A stretch of DNA of 64,000 nt from Opitutales bacterium. Its GTDB lineage: Bacteria > Verrucomicrobiota > Verrucomicrobiia > Opitutales > PNEW01. The stretch covers positions 448,001-512,000 of the forward strand of contig CBDANS010000007.1 in assembly GCA_965197745.1 (NCBI GenBank), read 5' to 3'. This document shows positions 42,455 through 51,262 of this stretch, piece after piece. How positions within the stretch are numbered: position 1 is the stretch's first letter; the number at the start of each line of letters is the position of its first letter. Under the pieces are notes generated by a model. It had not been told where the DNA came from. It saw only the letters and a list, made by a program, of their open reading frames with translations, and did not search any database. The translations under genes and the position numbers were made by a program.

Positions 42455-43192
42455 ATGGCAGAGAAATTACCTATATTGGTTTATCACCGCGTGCATAACG
42501 TTAATGATGTTACCGAACCCAATGATGGAGGACGCACCGATCTTTCCCTCTTTAAACGTCAAATGAATTATTTGCATGACGGTGGATTTAAGACCGTAAC
42601 CTACCATGAGATTGAGGCCTGGCTTTATGATGGAATTGAATTACCTGAACGCGCAGTGGCCATTGATTTTGATGATAATCGGCTGAACGTTCTTGAAAAT
42701 GCCTTGCCGGTTTTAGAAGAGTTGGGGTTCGTCGCAACCGTTTTTGTTATTACCGATCTGGCGAACGGTGAAAACATGTCGGGTATGGTTGGGCATCCGG
42801 CTCTGAATTGGGAACACCTTGGTCAGCTTCGAGACAAGGGTTGGTGCATCTCACCGCACACCGTAAAACATTTATACCTTGCCGGTCCCGAGCGAATGCC
42901 CCGCGACGAGGCTGAATTGATGAGTGAACTGATAGATTCAAAGCGGGAAGTGGAAGAGCGTTTAGGTATTGATGCCCCTAATTTTGCCTACCCCTGCGGC
43001 AGCTGGAATGATGAAGTTGAGGCGCGTGTCAAAGAAGTATACCGCACCGCGCGGCACTGGCATCTTGTCGATGAAGCTCCCTGGCCGATGAATACGCGGG
43101 AGACCAATCCCTTCCGTCTCGCCGCGATTAATATGTGTAATTCGATGTCTATGGAGACCTTTAAGGACCTGATCGTTTCCGCAAAATTGTGA
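42455..43192 (+). CDS. Polysaccharide deacetylase (CE4/NodB) family protein
   Basis: ILVYHRV, IDFDD, PHTVKH, FAYPCG. Confidence 0.88.
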   Translation: MAEKLPILVYHRVHNVNDVTEPNDGGRTDLSLFKRQMNYLHDGGFKTVTYHEIEAWLYDGIELPERAVAIDFDDNRLNVLENALPVLEELGFVATVFVITDLANGENMSGMVGHPALNWEHLGQLRDKGWCISPHTVKHLYLAGPERMPRDEAELMSELIDSKREVEERLGIDAPNFAYPCGSWNDEVEARVKEVYRTARHWHLVDEAPWPMNTRETNPFRLAAINMCNSMSMETFKDLIVSAKL

Positions 43193-43378
43193 TGAAGCGG
43201 ATAAATAGTCGAAAGTCAAAGGTCGAAGGTCTAAAGCGAAAATTCGTATAGTCGATAATGCGAAGCATCTTCTGGAGGGACGCGTGGAGCTTGTCGGCCA
43301 TAGCCCAACGGGCGTTGGATAATCGCGTCCGTGATTACGCAACCTTTTTATTATTTATAACAGTGTCCTGCATTCTCT

Positions 43379-43489
43379 TTTGTCATTGCGAAGGAGGCTT
43401 AGCCGACTGCGGCAATCCAGGGGGTTGGCAATACGCGTCCGACATTTCCCTGGATCGCCGCGGCTGACAAGCAGCCTCGCGATGACAAA
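43379..43489. repeat. Inverted pair (REPIN-like doublet) of GTCATTGCGA...GCGGCAATCC palindromic repeats
   Basis: TTTGTCATTGCGAAGGAGGCTTAGCCGACTGCGGCAATCCAGGG ... CCCTGGATCGCCGCGGCTGACAAGCAGCCTCGCGATGACAAA. Confidence 0.8.
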
Positions 43490-43635
43490 GGGAATCAATC
43501 GACAATCGAATTGTATATAAAGGTGATTTTTCGGCGACGGCCATGAGATCCGAAACCTGATAGTTAAAGAATAAATTAGGGATTGATTTTTCAGGGCATT
43601 GGTGGAAAGTTCCGGGGAGTTCAGTTTCATTCAGC

Positions 43636-43727
<92 letters not shown>

Positions 43728-43928
43728 TCGATTTACGATTTTCGATTTTCGATTGTGTGGAATAGCCACTACCGAGCCGGAGGCGACATCTTCCAAAGGC
43801 ACTACCAAAGCGCAGCGAGATATTCCAAAGCACAAGAGATAATAATTTAGATAAGTATTTTTCAAGATAAGCTGTTTGGTAACCGACAGGAATAATCCGC
43901 AATCGAAAATCCGATTTCGACAATTGGC

Positions 43929-43952
43929 TCCCTCCCTCTCCGCCATTTCGAT
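43929..43952 (+). repeat. 24-bp direct duplication of the tRNA-Ser 3' end (attR-like)
   Basis: TCCCTCCCTCTCCGCCATTTCGAT at 43709-43732 and 43929-43952. Confidence 0.85.
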
Positions 43953-43998
43953 AAAATATGCTTCAATTAATTCCACGAACGCTTAAGCTGTAGAAAAG

Positions 43999-44547
43999 AT
44001 GAAATTAAAATCAAAGAAAAGCCAGGAGTTTATTCTGCGCGAAATATCTGCATTTGATTCAGAACCGCTTGGTCATTTTTTCGAATCTTTATCAGTTGAA
44101 ACTCGAAAAAAGTATGGCCCTCATCCGCTGACAAAAGAATTTGCGGTAGAACTTTGCACAAGTAAGGATGACAGTGTTATAAGATTCGTTCTCACTCTAG
44201 TGGATGATAAACGTTTCGTTGGGTATTTCATTTTAGATTTTCGAATGCCAGAAGGAATACTTAATCGCTATAGAGAACAGGGAATTGATCTTTCAGATGG
44301 AAAAAATCCAATGTTTGCACCTTCTATTGCAGATGACTATCAAAATACTGGATTAGCTTCATTAGCGATGCCAGTTATCATTAAAGCCGCGAAAGATCTT
44401 GGCGCAAAAAGTTTAGTATTAATGGGAGGAACTCAAGCGACGAATAAAAGAGCAATAGCTTTTTATGAAAAGTTTGGCTTTAAGCATATTTGTGAATTTG
44501 AAAGGGAAGGTCTCAATTATGATATGCGGATGTTACTGGATACTTAG
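43999..44547 (+). CDS. GNAT-family N-acetyltransferase
   Basis: IADDYQNTGLAS, TNKRAIAFYEKFGF. Confidence 0.88.
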   Translation: MKLKSKKSQEFILREISAFDSEPLGHFFESLSVETRKKYGPHPLTKEFAVELCTSKDDSVIRFVLTLVDDKRFVGYFILDFRMPEGILNRYREQGIDLSDGKNPMFAPSIADDYQNTGLASLAMPVIIKAAKDLGAKSLVLMGGTQATNKRAIAFYEKFGFKHICEFEREGLNYDMRMLLDT

Positions 44548-44796
44548 CAAAACCTGAAGCTATATTCTCAAAAGTGGGTAGTGGCTGACGAACAAGAGAT
44601 TATTCACAAGCAATGGTTTTGAAATTATTGATGGTGGCAATAGGGGTCAAAAGGAGAATTTAAATGTTATAGACCGCTGCCAAATTTCTAATCTTATGAA
44701 AATTCATCCATGTTCATGATCCAAGGAATACTTGTCAGCTTATCAATGTTTAATTTCTACGCTTGACCCTTATACCTATTCTAAGAGGGTTTTGGG

Positions 44797-46266
44797 ATGA
44801 TCAATCTATTATTGAATGATTGCCGCGGAACGATCGAGCCTGAGCTGTATGGCACGCTTATCGAGAATACCTCGACACTTATGGAGGGGATCTGGGTGGG
44901 CAATGATCCTTCGATCCCTAATGATGACGGTTTGCGCCTGGACACCATCGAAGCTTTTCGCCAACTCGGCATATCCCTTGTCCGTTTTCCGGGCGGCACT
45001 GGGGCTGACTACTATCGGTGGCGGAACGGAATCGGACCCCGGTCCAAGCGTCCCAGGACATGGCAGTCCTTTTTCGGCAACGAAGACTCAAATGAATTCG
45101 GCACCGATGAGTTTATGCGCTTCTGTGAAACAATAGGTGCAGCCGCCTCTATAAAAATCAATCCCATAACAGCACCGCTCCACGAAACCCTCGATTGGAT
45201 GCAGTACTGTAACTACGACGGAAACACCGACCTGGCCAACGAGAGGCGAGAGAATGGTCACCCGCACCCCTATGGTGTGAAGTCCTGGATAATCGGCAAC
45301 GAAACATCTGACACCTATTCCCCTGAAAACTATGCGGACCAGGTATTTGAATGGACCTTTTACATGCGTCAAGTTGATCCCGCGGCGAAGATCATCGCCA
45401 CTGGCGGGATCGACGATTGGAATGAGCGGTTTCTAAAAAGGTTCGCGGAACTGTCAGAGTCGGGAGGATTTGCGAGCAACAATCCGGTAAAGGTGAATAA
45501 CAAAGGGTTTCAGCCGGGATTTAAAGTCCAAATGCTGGAACTCGTATATCCCAATGAAGAGAGGATTCAGGATGCGATTGCCTGGAGCGACAAGTACTTC
45601 GGTGAGGGCAATCTCGAATTCTGTGTCGGGGAGTACGAAGGCATGATTGAACACTGGTGGCCGGAAGAGTGGACCAGCACGATGACAACGTCTGAGTGTG
45701 TCCTTATGGCGGGCCAGACGCCGGATATCCCACACGAGACCGATGCCAGGTTGGACGGTGCGCTCATGGCGGTGGAAAAGATGCACCTCTTCATGCGTTA
45801 CGCAAAACGTATAAAGATGGCGAGTTTTCTTTACCCGACGAATTGTTGGGCACCTTGGATCAAGACTAGCGGACCGAAATTAGTTCGCACGCCGCACTAT
45901 CATGCCTTCGATATACTCAAGGAACACCTGCGTGCCGAGAAAATCGGCGTGGAGTTCAATAGTACGGATGGCCTAGACGTTATGGCTTCCCTCGCGAAGG
46001 GTGGGCGAGAACTGACAGTGTCAATACTTAACCAGCAGGAGGAAAAAACGGTGGACGCCGACATGCGCCTGAAGGATGACGAGGGCAGACTTCCCCAATC
46101 AATAGCCGCGAAGGTACTCACCGGGAATCCCGCAGATCAAAACACTTTCGACACGCCAGACACGGTGATACCACAGGAGGCCAAGGTTGAGATCAAGAAT
46201 GGTGAGCTGTCCGTATCATGCAAACCGGTCTCACTGACAGTGGTTACCTGCAACCTTGCGAAGTGA
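44797..46266 (+). CDS. GH51 alpha-L-arabinofuranosidase-like glycoside hydrolase
   Basis: VRFPGG..ADYYRW, NEFGTDEFM, YCN, WIIGNE, NTFDTPDTV. Confidence 0.87.
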   Translation: MINLLLNDCRGTIEPELYGTLIENTSTLMEGIWVGNDPSIPNDDGLRLDTIEAFRQLGISLVRFPGGTGADYYRWRNGIGPRSKRPRTWQSFFGNEDSNEFGTDEFMRFCETIGAAASIKINPITAPLHETLDWMQYCNYDGNTDLANERRENGHPHPYGVKSWIIGNETSDTYSPENYADQVFEWTFYMRQVDPAAKIIATGGIDDWNERFLKRFAELSESGGFASNNPVKVNNKGFQPGFKVQMLELVYPNEERIQDAIAWSDKYFGEGNLEFCVGEYEGMIEHWWPEEWTSTMTTSECVLMAGQTPDIPHETDARLDGALMAVEKMHLFMRYAKRIKMASFLYPTNCWAPWIKTSGPKLVRTPHYHAFDILKEHLRAEKIGVEFNSTDGLDVMASLAKGGRELTVSILNQQEEKTVDADMRLKDDEGRLPQSIAAKVLTGNPADQNTFDTPDTVIPQEAKVEIKNGELSVSCKPVSLTVVTCNLAK

Positions 46267-46627
46267 CACAAAGGGGAACAGTGAGTGAAAGTGAACAGTG
46301 AACAGTGAACAGTAGAAGAAGCTGTAGCCATGTTAAGATGAAACAATGCTAGGATTAAGTCAAATAGCCAAACGTCACTAAATCTATTTTTGTGCTTTTT
46401 GTGGCTATCCGATATCCGTAATCCGTACCGAAGGCGTAGCCCGCCTGCCGTCCATAGCCTCGTGCGACGGATGGACATCCCCTCAATCGGCAATCGCAAT
46501 TCGACAATCGATTCACTCAATCGTTACCTCATAAGTTGAAGAGCGCTATTGCGTGTATTAAGAAGAAGGTTCAATGTTCAGGGTTCAGTGGTAATATGTA
46601 AATAGTCATCTTCGCTATGACATATAT

Positions 46628-46702
46628 GGTGGAACGCGGTGTCCCTACCGCGTTGGTGAATGTCGTAATTGAAGAAGCGTGCTAGGGACAGCCCGCTCTA
46701 CC
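46628..46702. repeat. GTRG-type REP doublet (inverted pair of short palindromes)
   Basis: GGTGGAACGCGGTGTCCCTACCGCGTT on +, and GGTAGAGCGGGCTGTCCCTAGCACGCTT on -. Confidence 0.65.
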
Positions 46703-46748
46703 TTAACACCTAACACTTAAAACTTAACACTGATCGATAGATCACGCA

Positions 46749-48968
46749 TCATTCAATAGTTACTTCATCGGTTTCGACGGTGATGACATCACCGTCTTCG
46801 TTGGCGAATGTAGCATCGATGCTTTGGGTCGGTTGAGGTGTGTTGTCCGACTTGAAGTTGTTCTGGGTGATCAGGGTCTCAAACCCGGTCGTGGTTGAAC
46901 CACTCTCAGCGACGACGACCGCAGCGCCATTCGTCTGCAAGAGGTCGCCACCGGTGATCCGCAACCCGGGGTTGCCGGCCGGTACCGTGAAGGACCCATC
47001 TCCGAACAGGAGGTGCGGCACCGCGTCACCATCGGCATCGATGTCTCCCACCGTTAAGCGTACCGCAATCGGCACTCCGCGCGCATCCACGCCTACTTTT
47101 CCGGTGCTTCCTGAAAAAACAGTGTTTGACAGTTGCACTCCTCCCAGTCCCGTGGAATTGACTACTTCCACGAGGGTCACGTCCGCCTGGGCGTCATAGA
47201 CCTGTCCTTCGGGGAAAAGGGCCTGGTTAAAGGCGTTGATCCTGCCCACGGTGAAGATACTGAAGAACGTATTGGCGTCCGCACCGTCGATGACCACGCT
47301 CGGCTTGCCCGTCACGTACTCTACGGCCTGGTTGTAGCGTGGGGGAATGGCCGGGGGGAGGAAGGTGGCTGGGTCCAGGGTTACGGTAAAGGTCCCATTA
47401 CCTGAAAATTCTACCTGAACAATGTCCTCGTTTTCGTCCATGAAGGAGACGCGGGTGATCTGTCCCGGCTTGGCCTGGAGTTGGACGGACTCCCCGGTGA
47501 GTAAAATCTGGTCGAAGACGTTGCCGTTGGCATGCTGAATATCTTCACCGGCGATATCGCCCGAGCCATCGAGGACGAGGGGAACGGAGGGTGCGGCTAC
47601 GGTGATGACCGCGGTATCACTGTCAGCGGTGCCGCCGGCGTTGGAAACCTGTACCCAGTAGCTCGTGCTCGCGGTGAGAGCGCCTGTGTCTAAGGTGTCA
47701 GCGGTCGCGCCAGCAACGGGAGCTACGGTGTCACCGCTGTTGCCGGTATACCATTGGTAAGTGAGATCATCACCGCTGGCGGCAACGGACAAGCTTGCCG
47801 CTGCGCCAGATGCGACTTCCTGGCTTGTCGGTTGGGTGGTGATAGCGGGGGCATCAGCGGGTGGGGGACCCTCGGAGCCGGTGCCCGGGGCTCCGATCGG
47901 GGTAAAACCAAAATCGTCGACTCCAGTACGACTGAATAGAGGGTTTATATCCGGGTCATCTTTCATCACAAGTCTGCTAATGCCACCCGGGGCTCCTAAT
48001 TCATCCGCATTAATCGTTATGAAACCAGGTTTGAAATCAGGGGTAAGATCCCCTTCCAGATTAATAATTGTAGTGAGTAAGTTATCGTTCGTATCATAGA
48101 CTTCGATTGAGCCGTCAGGATCGGTACTGCTTGTTGTCACGATCGCAGCGGCAAAAAAATCAATTTCATAAACTGGAGTTTCAAAAGTGATGGTCGCTTC
48201 TTCACCATTAAGTATTGCATAAGAATGAGGGAGCGATCGTACTACTGGGGCGCTACCTGATACAAAGACGATAGATCCCCCTTCAAAACTAGCAGTATTA
48301 GGCGACGTCCCAATGACTAATGGTTCTAATAATCCTGCCCCCACACCAAATTCACTAAAAGTGCTGAAAACCGTATTGTTTGAGGGGAAATCGGTCAGGG
48401 TGAATCCCAGGTCGTCGAGTACGAATTTTCCTGTTACATTCAAAACTTTCACTTCTATAATGCCACCGAGGAAATCAAAATCACTTTGATCCTGAAAAAA
48501 ACCGCTGTCGGCTACAAAGCTATATAAAGGGGGATTGGCACCGGGGCTGATATTTGCTGGCAGGTTTTCGACAACCCCATCGTCACCGATAACAATTATC
48601 GTCTGGCGTTCTGGTCCGAACGTACCAGAATTTATTGCTCCCCTGAACTCCATCCTTCCAGCGCCCGTTGTTTCTCCCGCATAAAATTCGATAAATTGAA
48701 TTCCCCTTGCAGTAGAAATTCTTCCCTCCTGTCCGGGCCCCAGGGTGATCGCTTTGGTTCCGGAGTGTAAGAGTGCCGAATCCTCTAATGTCTCTAACGT
48801 AAAACCGGTGAGCGTCACCGTGTTTGGCTCTTGCCCGATAATGATAGTGCCTTCCCCGCTGATGTCTTCGAAATCTGTAAACACCTCCAGGTCTTGTGGC
48901 AGGGCCATGAGAAGCACAGGAGATAAAACTGAGATAATTAAGAGCGCCAGAGATTTTTTTAATAACAT
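46749..48968 (-). CDS. Secreted surface protein (paralog B): two beta-rich repeats, Pro linker, Ig-like domain, conserved C-terminal domain
   Basis: Signal peptide; repeats ending LDDLGFT and VDDFGFT; APAITTQP...LTYQWY Ig-like module; C-terminal domain nearly identical to 61774-63999. Confidence 0.85.
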   Translation of the reverse strand: MLLKKSLALLIISVLSPVLLMALPQDLEVFTDFEDISGEGTIIIGQEPNTVTLTGFTLETLEDSALLHSGTKAITLGPGQEGRISTARGIQFIEFYAGETTGAGRMEFRGAINSGTFGPERQTIIVIGDDGVVENLPANISPGANPPLYSFVADSGFFQDQSDFDFLGGIIEVKVLNVTGKFVLDDLGFTLTDFPSNNTVFSTFSEFGVGAGLLEPLVIGTSPNTASFEGGSIVFVSGSAPVVRSLPHSYAILNGEEATITFETPVYEIDFFAAAIVTTSSTDPDGSIEVYDTNDNLLTTIINLEGDLTPDFKPGFITINADELGAPGGISRLVMKDDPDINPLFSRTGVDDFGFTPIGAPGTGSEGPPPADAPAITTQPTSQEVASGAAASLSVAASGDDLTYQWYTGNSGDTVAPVAGATADTLDTGALTASTSYWVQVSNAGGTADSDTAVITVAAPSVPLVLDGSGDIAGEDIQHANGNVFDQILLTGESVQLQAKPGQITRVSFMDENEDIVQVEFSGNGTFTVTLDPATFLPPAIPPRYNQAVEYVTGKPSVVIDGADANTFFSIFTVGRINAFNQALFPEGQVYDAQADVTLVEVVNSTGLGGVQLSNTVFSGSTGKVGVDARGVPIAVRLTVGDIDADGDAVPHLLFGDGSFTVPAGNPGLRITGGDLLQTNGAAVVVAESGSTTTGFETLITQNNFKSDNTPQPTQSIDATFANEDGDVITVETDEVTIE

Positions 48969-49289
48969 GCAATACTTTTTTAGGCGTTAAATATTAAGAG
49001 ATTGGAATTTATAATTAGTGGTATGCCGGGCCGTCAATTTTAAACTCATTTTTAATATTATTTTGCATATATATAGAATACAACAGCTTTTCGCGTTTGT
49101 TTCCACCCTTGTCATTGCGAAGTGGGAACGTGGTGTCCCTGCCGCATTTAATATTTCAATAGAGTTAAAAAGAGTGGTAGGGGATTGAGTCAATAAGTCA
49201 ATAAGTTCAAGGTTCAAAAGATCTTTGAAATAACTTAAACGACTACTGTATCTTCCGTTATTTCTGGTGTCTCCTCTGATCGCATTTCC

Positions 49290-49321
49290 TTTTTGACTTT
49301 TTGACTTTTTGACTTTTTGAC
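49290..49321 (+). repeat. Simple tandem repeat (TTTTTGAC)x4 immediately upstream of the Asp-box gene
   Basis: Four perfect 8-mers ending 17 nt before the ATG at 49339. Confidence 0.85.
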
Positions 49322-49338
49322 CCTATCCAATACTTCCG

Positions 49339-50454
49339 ATGATAGATATAATTGAAAGTGGGCTGATTTACCGGGGTGAGGAAAGCGACCCGCATTTTCG
49401 CAATTCATACTGGCCCAGTGTTGTGGAACTCGAGAACGGGGTGCTTCTTGCAGCCATGGATATCAGTAATTATATCAACAGCCGAGATGCCCGTTCTTAT
49501 TACAGTATTTCTAAAGACAATGGAAAGAGCTGGAGTGAGCCAAAGATAATCTGGGATGGTGAGGGATGGTCATATCCCTTTCATACAACCTGTCGCATCA
49601 GCAAATCCCCCGGTGGTGAGGTCATAGGATTCATGGCAATCAAAGACCGATCTGATAGTGAGCAACCCCATACCAACCCTGAAAATGGCGGCATGATAGA
49701 TATGGAGCACGCGGTTGTTCGCTGGGACAATGATAATCAGAGCTGGCTGAAACCGGAAATATTTAAGCGACCCATTGACTGGAAATGTTACGAGAGTTGC
49801 CATGCCATATTTCCCATAACCTCAGAAAAATGGCTTTTGCCCACTGCCTTTCGGACAAACTGGGAAGGGGAATGTCCTTTTGGTCACAAAGCATTTGCTT
49901 TTGTCACCGAGGACAGAGGTAAGAACTGGAAAGGGACTGTTGACGTTTTTGATCACTGGACAGAAAACCTGATTTGCTGGGAACAGAAGCAGACCTTTCT
50001 ATCAGATGGCAGGGTATTCGCCGTTTGCTGGGCATTTAACGCAGAGACAAAAAAGAACCATAAAAACCGATATACTTTTTCCACGGATAACGGTGATTCT
50101 TATGGAGAAACTTTTGAAAGTCCTCTCTCTGGACAGACCTGCACACCGATTGGTTTGGATGACAGTCATATTCTCGCCGTATACCGCAGGTTAGATAAAA
50201 ATGGATTGTGGGGGCACCTGGCAAAGATCGAAGGAACAGAATGGATTCCCATAAGTGAGAAACTTATCTGGGGAGAAGACGTAGAAGCGATCAAGGGAGT
50301 CAAGGATCATTCCATTCAAAATCAGAAGACCCTTCAATTTGGTTTTCCCACGGTGATTCAACTTAGTGATGGGAGCATCTATATTGTGTTCTGGTGTGTT
50401 GAAGAGGGGTTAAGTAATATTCGCTGGTACCGACTTAAAAGTGAGAAAGCCTGA
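49339..50454 (+). CDS. Cytoplasmic BNR/Asp-box (sialidase-fold) protein
   Basis: SKDNGKSW, TEDRGKNW, STDNGDSY, FGFP; no signal peptide. Confidence 0.75.
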   Translation: MIDIIESGLIYRGEESDPHFRNSYWPSVVELENGVLLAAMDISNYINSRDARSYYSISKDNGKSWSEPKIIWDGEGWSYPFHTTCRISKSPGGEVIGFMAIKDRSDSEQPHTNPENGGMIDMEHAVVRWDNDNQSWLKPEIFKRPIDWKCYESCHAIFPITSEKWLLPTAFRTNWEGECPFGHKAFAFVTEDRGKNWKGTVDVFDHWTENLICWEQKQTFLSDGRVFAVCWAFNAETKKNHKNRYTFSTDNGDSYGETFESPLSGQTCTPIGLDDSHILAVYRRLDKNGLWGHLAKIEGTEWIPISEKLIWGEDVEAIKGVKDHSIQNQKTLQFGFPTVIQLSDGSIYIVFWCVEEGLSNIRWYRLKSEKA

Positions 50455-50467
50455 AATTCTCTGAAGA

Positions 50468-51202
50468 TTGATCTCACTCATCCTCATTACGGCGATCATT
50501 GTTTTTATCGCCGCTTTTATTCGGTCTGCGCTCGGCTTTGGAGAAGCACTCATCGCTATGCCATTATTAGTGATATTTCTCGGGTTAACCACCGCAACCC
50601 CCGTAGTCGGGTTGGTAGCGCTAACCTTGAGCATCGTAATTCTACAGAAAGATTGGCGCTTTGCCGATTTTAAATTAACCGGACGCCTCGTCCTATCATC
50701 GGTAATGGGTATTCCACTTGGTTTATTTTTACTTAAAGGTGTAGCCGACGCGTTTATGAATGGATTACTAGGTGTGGTTTTAATTGCTTATGCAATTTAT
50801 AAAATATTAAGTCCGGAACTGTTACTAAAAAATGACCGCTTCGGGTTGGTTTACCTTTTCGGATTCATCTCGGGAATCCTGGGCGGCGCTTACAACACTA
50901 ACGGTCCGTTAGTAGTCATTTATGCCAACCTGCGTCGATGGCCTGCTCACCAGTTTCGAAGCACAATGCAAAGTTATTTTTTGCCGACCGGGTTATTTAT
51001 GGTGATGGGTCAGGGTTTCGCCGGTTTATGGACGGGCAAAGTGATGACGCTCTATCTCTGTTCACTGCCCTTAATGTTGCTCGCTGTCTACATCGGACGG
51101 AAAGTCCATATGGCTTTCGCCCAAGCCCAATTCGATCGTGTCATCAACGTTGTTTTACTTCTCATGGGTTTGCTCCTGATCGTTAGGGTAATAATTAATT
51201 AG
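50468..51202 (+). CDS. Sulfite exporter TauE/SafE family membrane protein
   Basis: ALGFGEALIAMP, GILGGAYNTNGP; about 8 TM helices. Confidence 0.88.
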   Translation: MISLILITAIIVFIAAFIRSALGFGEALIAMPLLVIFLGLTTATPVVGLVALTLSIVILQKDWRFADFKLTGRLVLSSVMGIPLGLFLLKGVADAFMNGLLGVVLIAYAIYKILSPELLLKNDRFGLVYLFGFISGILGGAYNTNGPLVVIYANLRRWPAHQFRSTMQSYFLPTGLFMVMGQGFAGLWTGKVMTLYLCSLPLMLLAVYIGRKVHMAFAQAQFDRVINVVLLLMGLLLIVRVIIN

Positions 51203-51262
51203 AATCAATAACTGCTGTTAAACTGGACATATCAAGTTTGCATCGCTGTGCTTTAAATAAAT

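Noticed and set aside
44560..44700. Possible gene remnant (RLFTSNGFEIIDGG...) after the GNAT gene
   Set aside because: Too short and without start or diagnostic motif to support a call.
46137..46520. 127-aa minus-strand ORF
   Set aside because: Overlaps the GH51 3' end antisense and runs through simple repeats.
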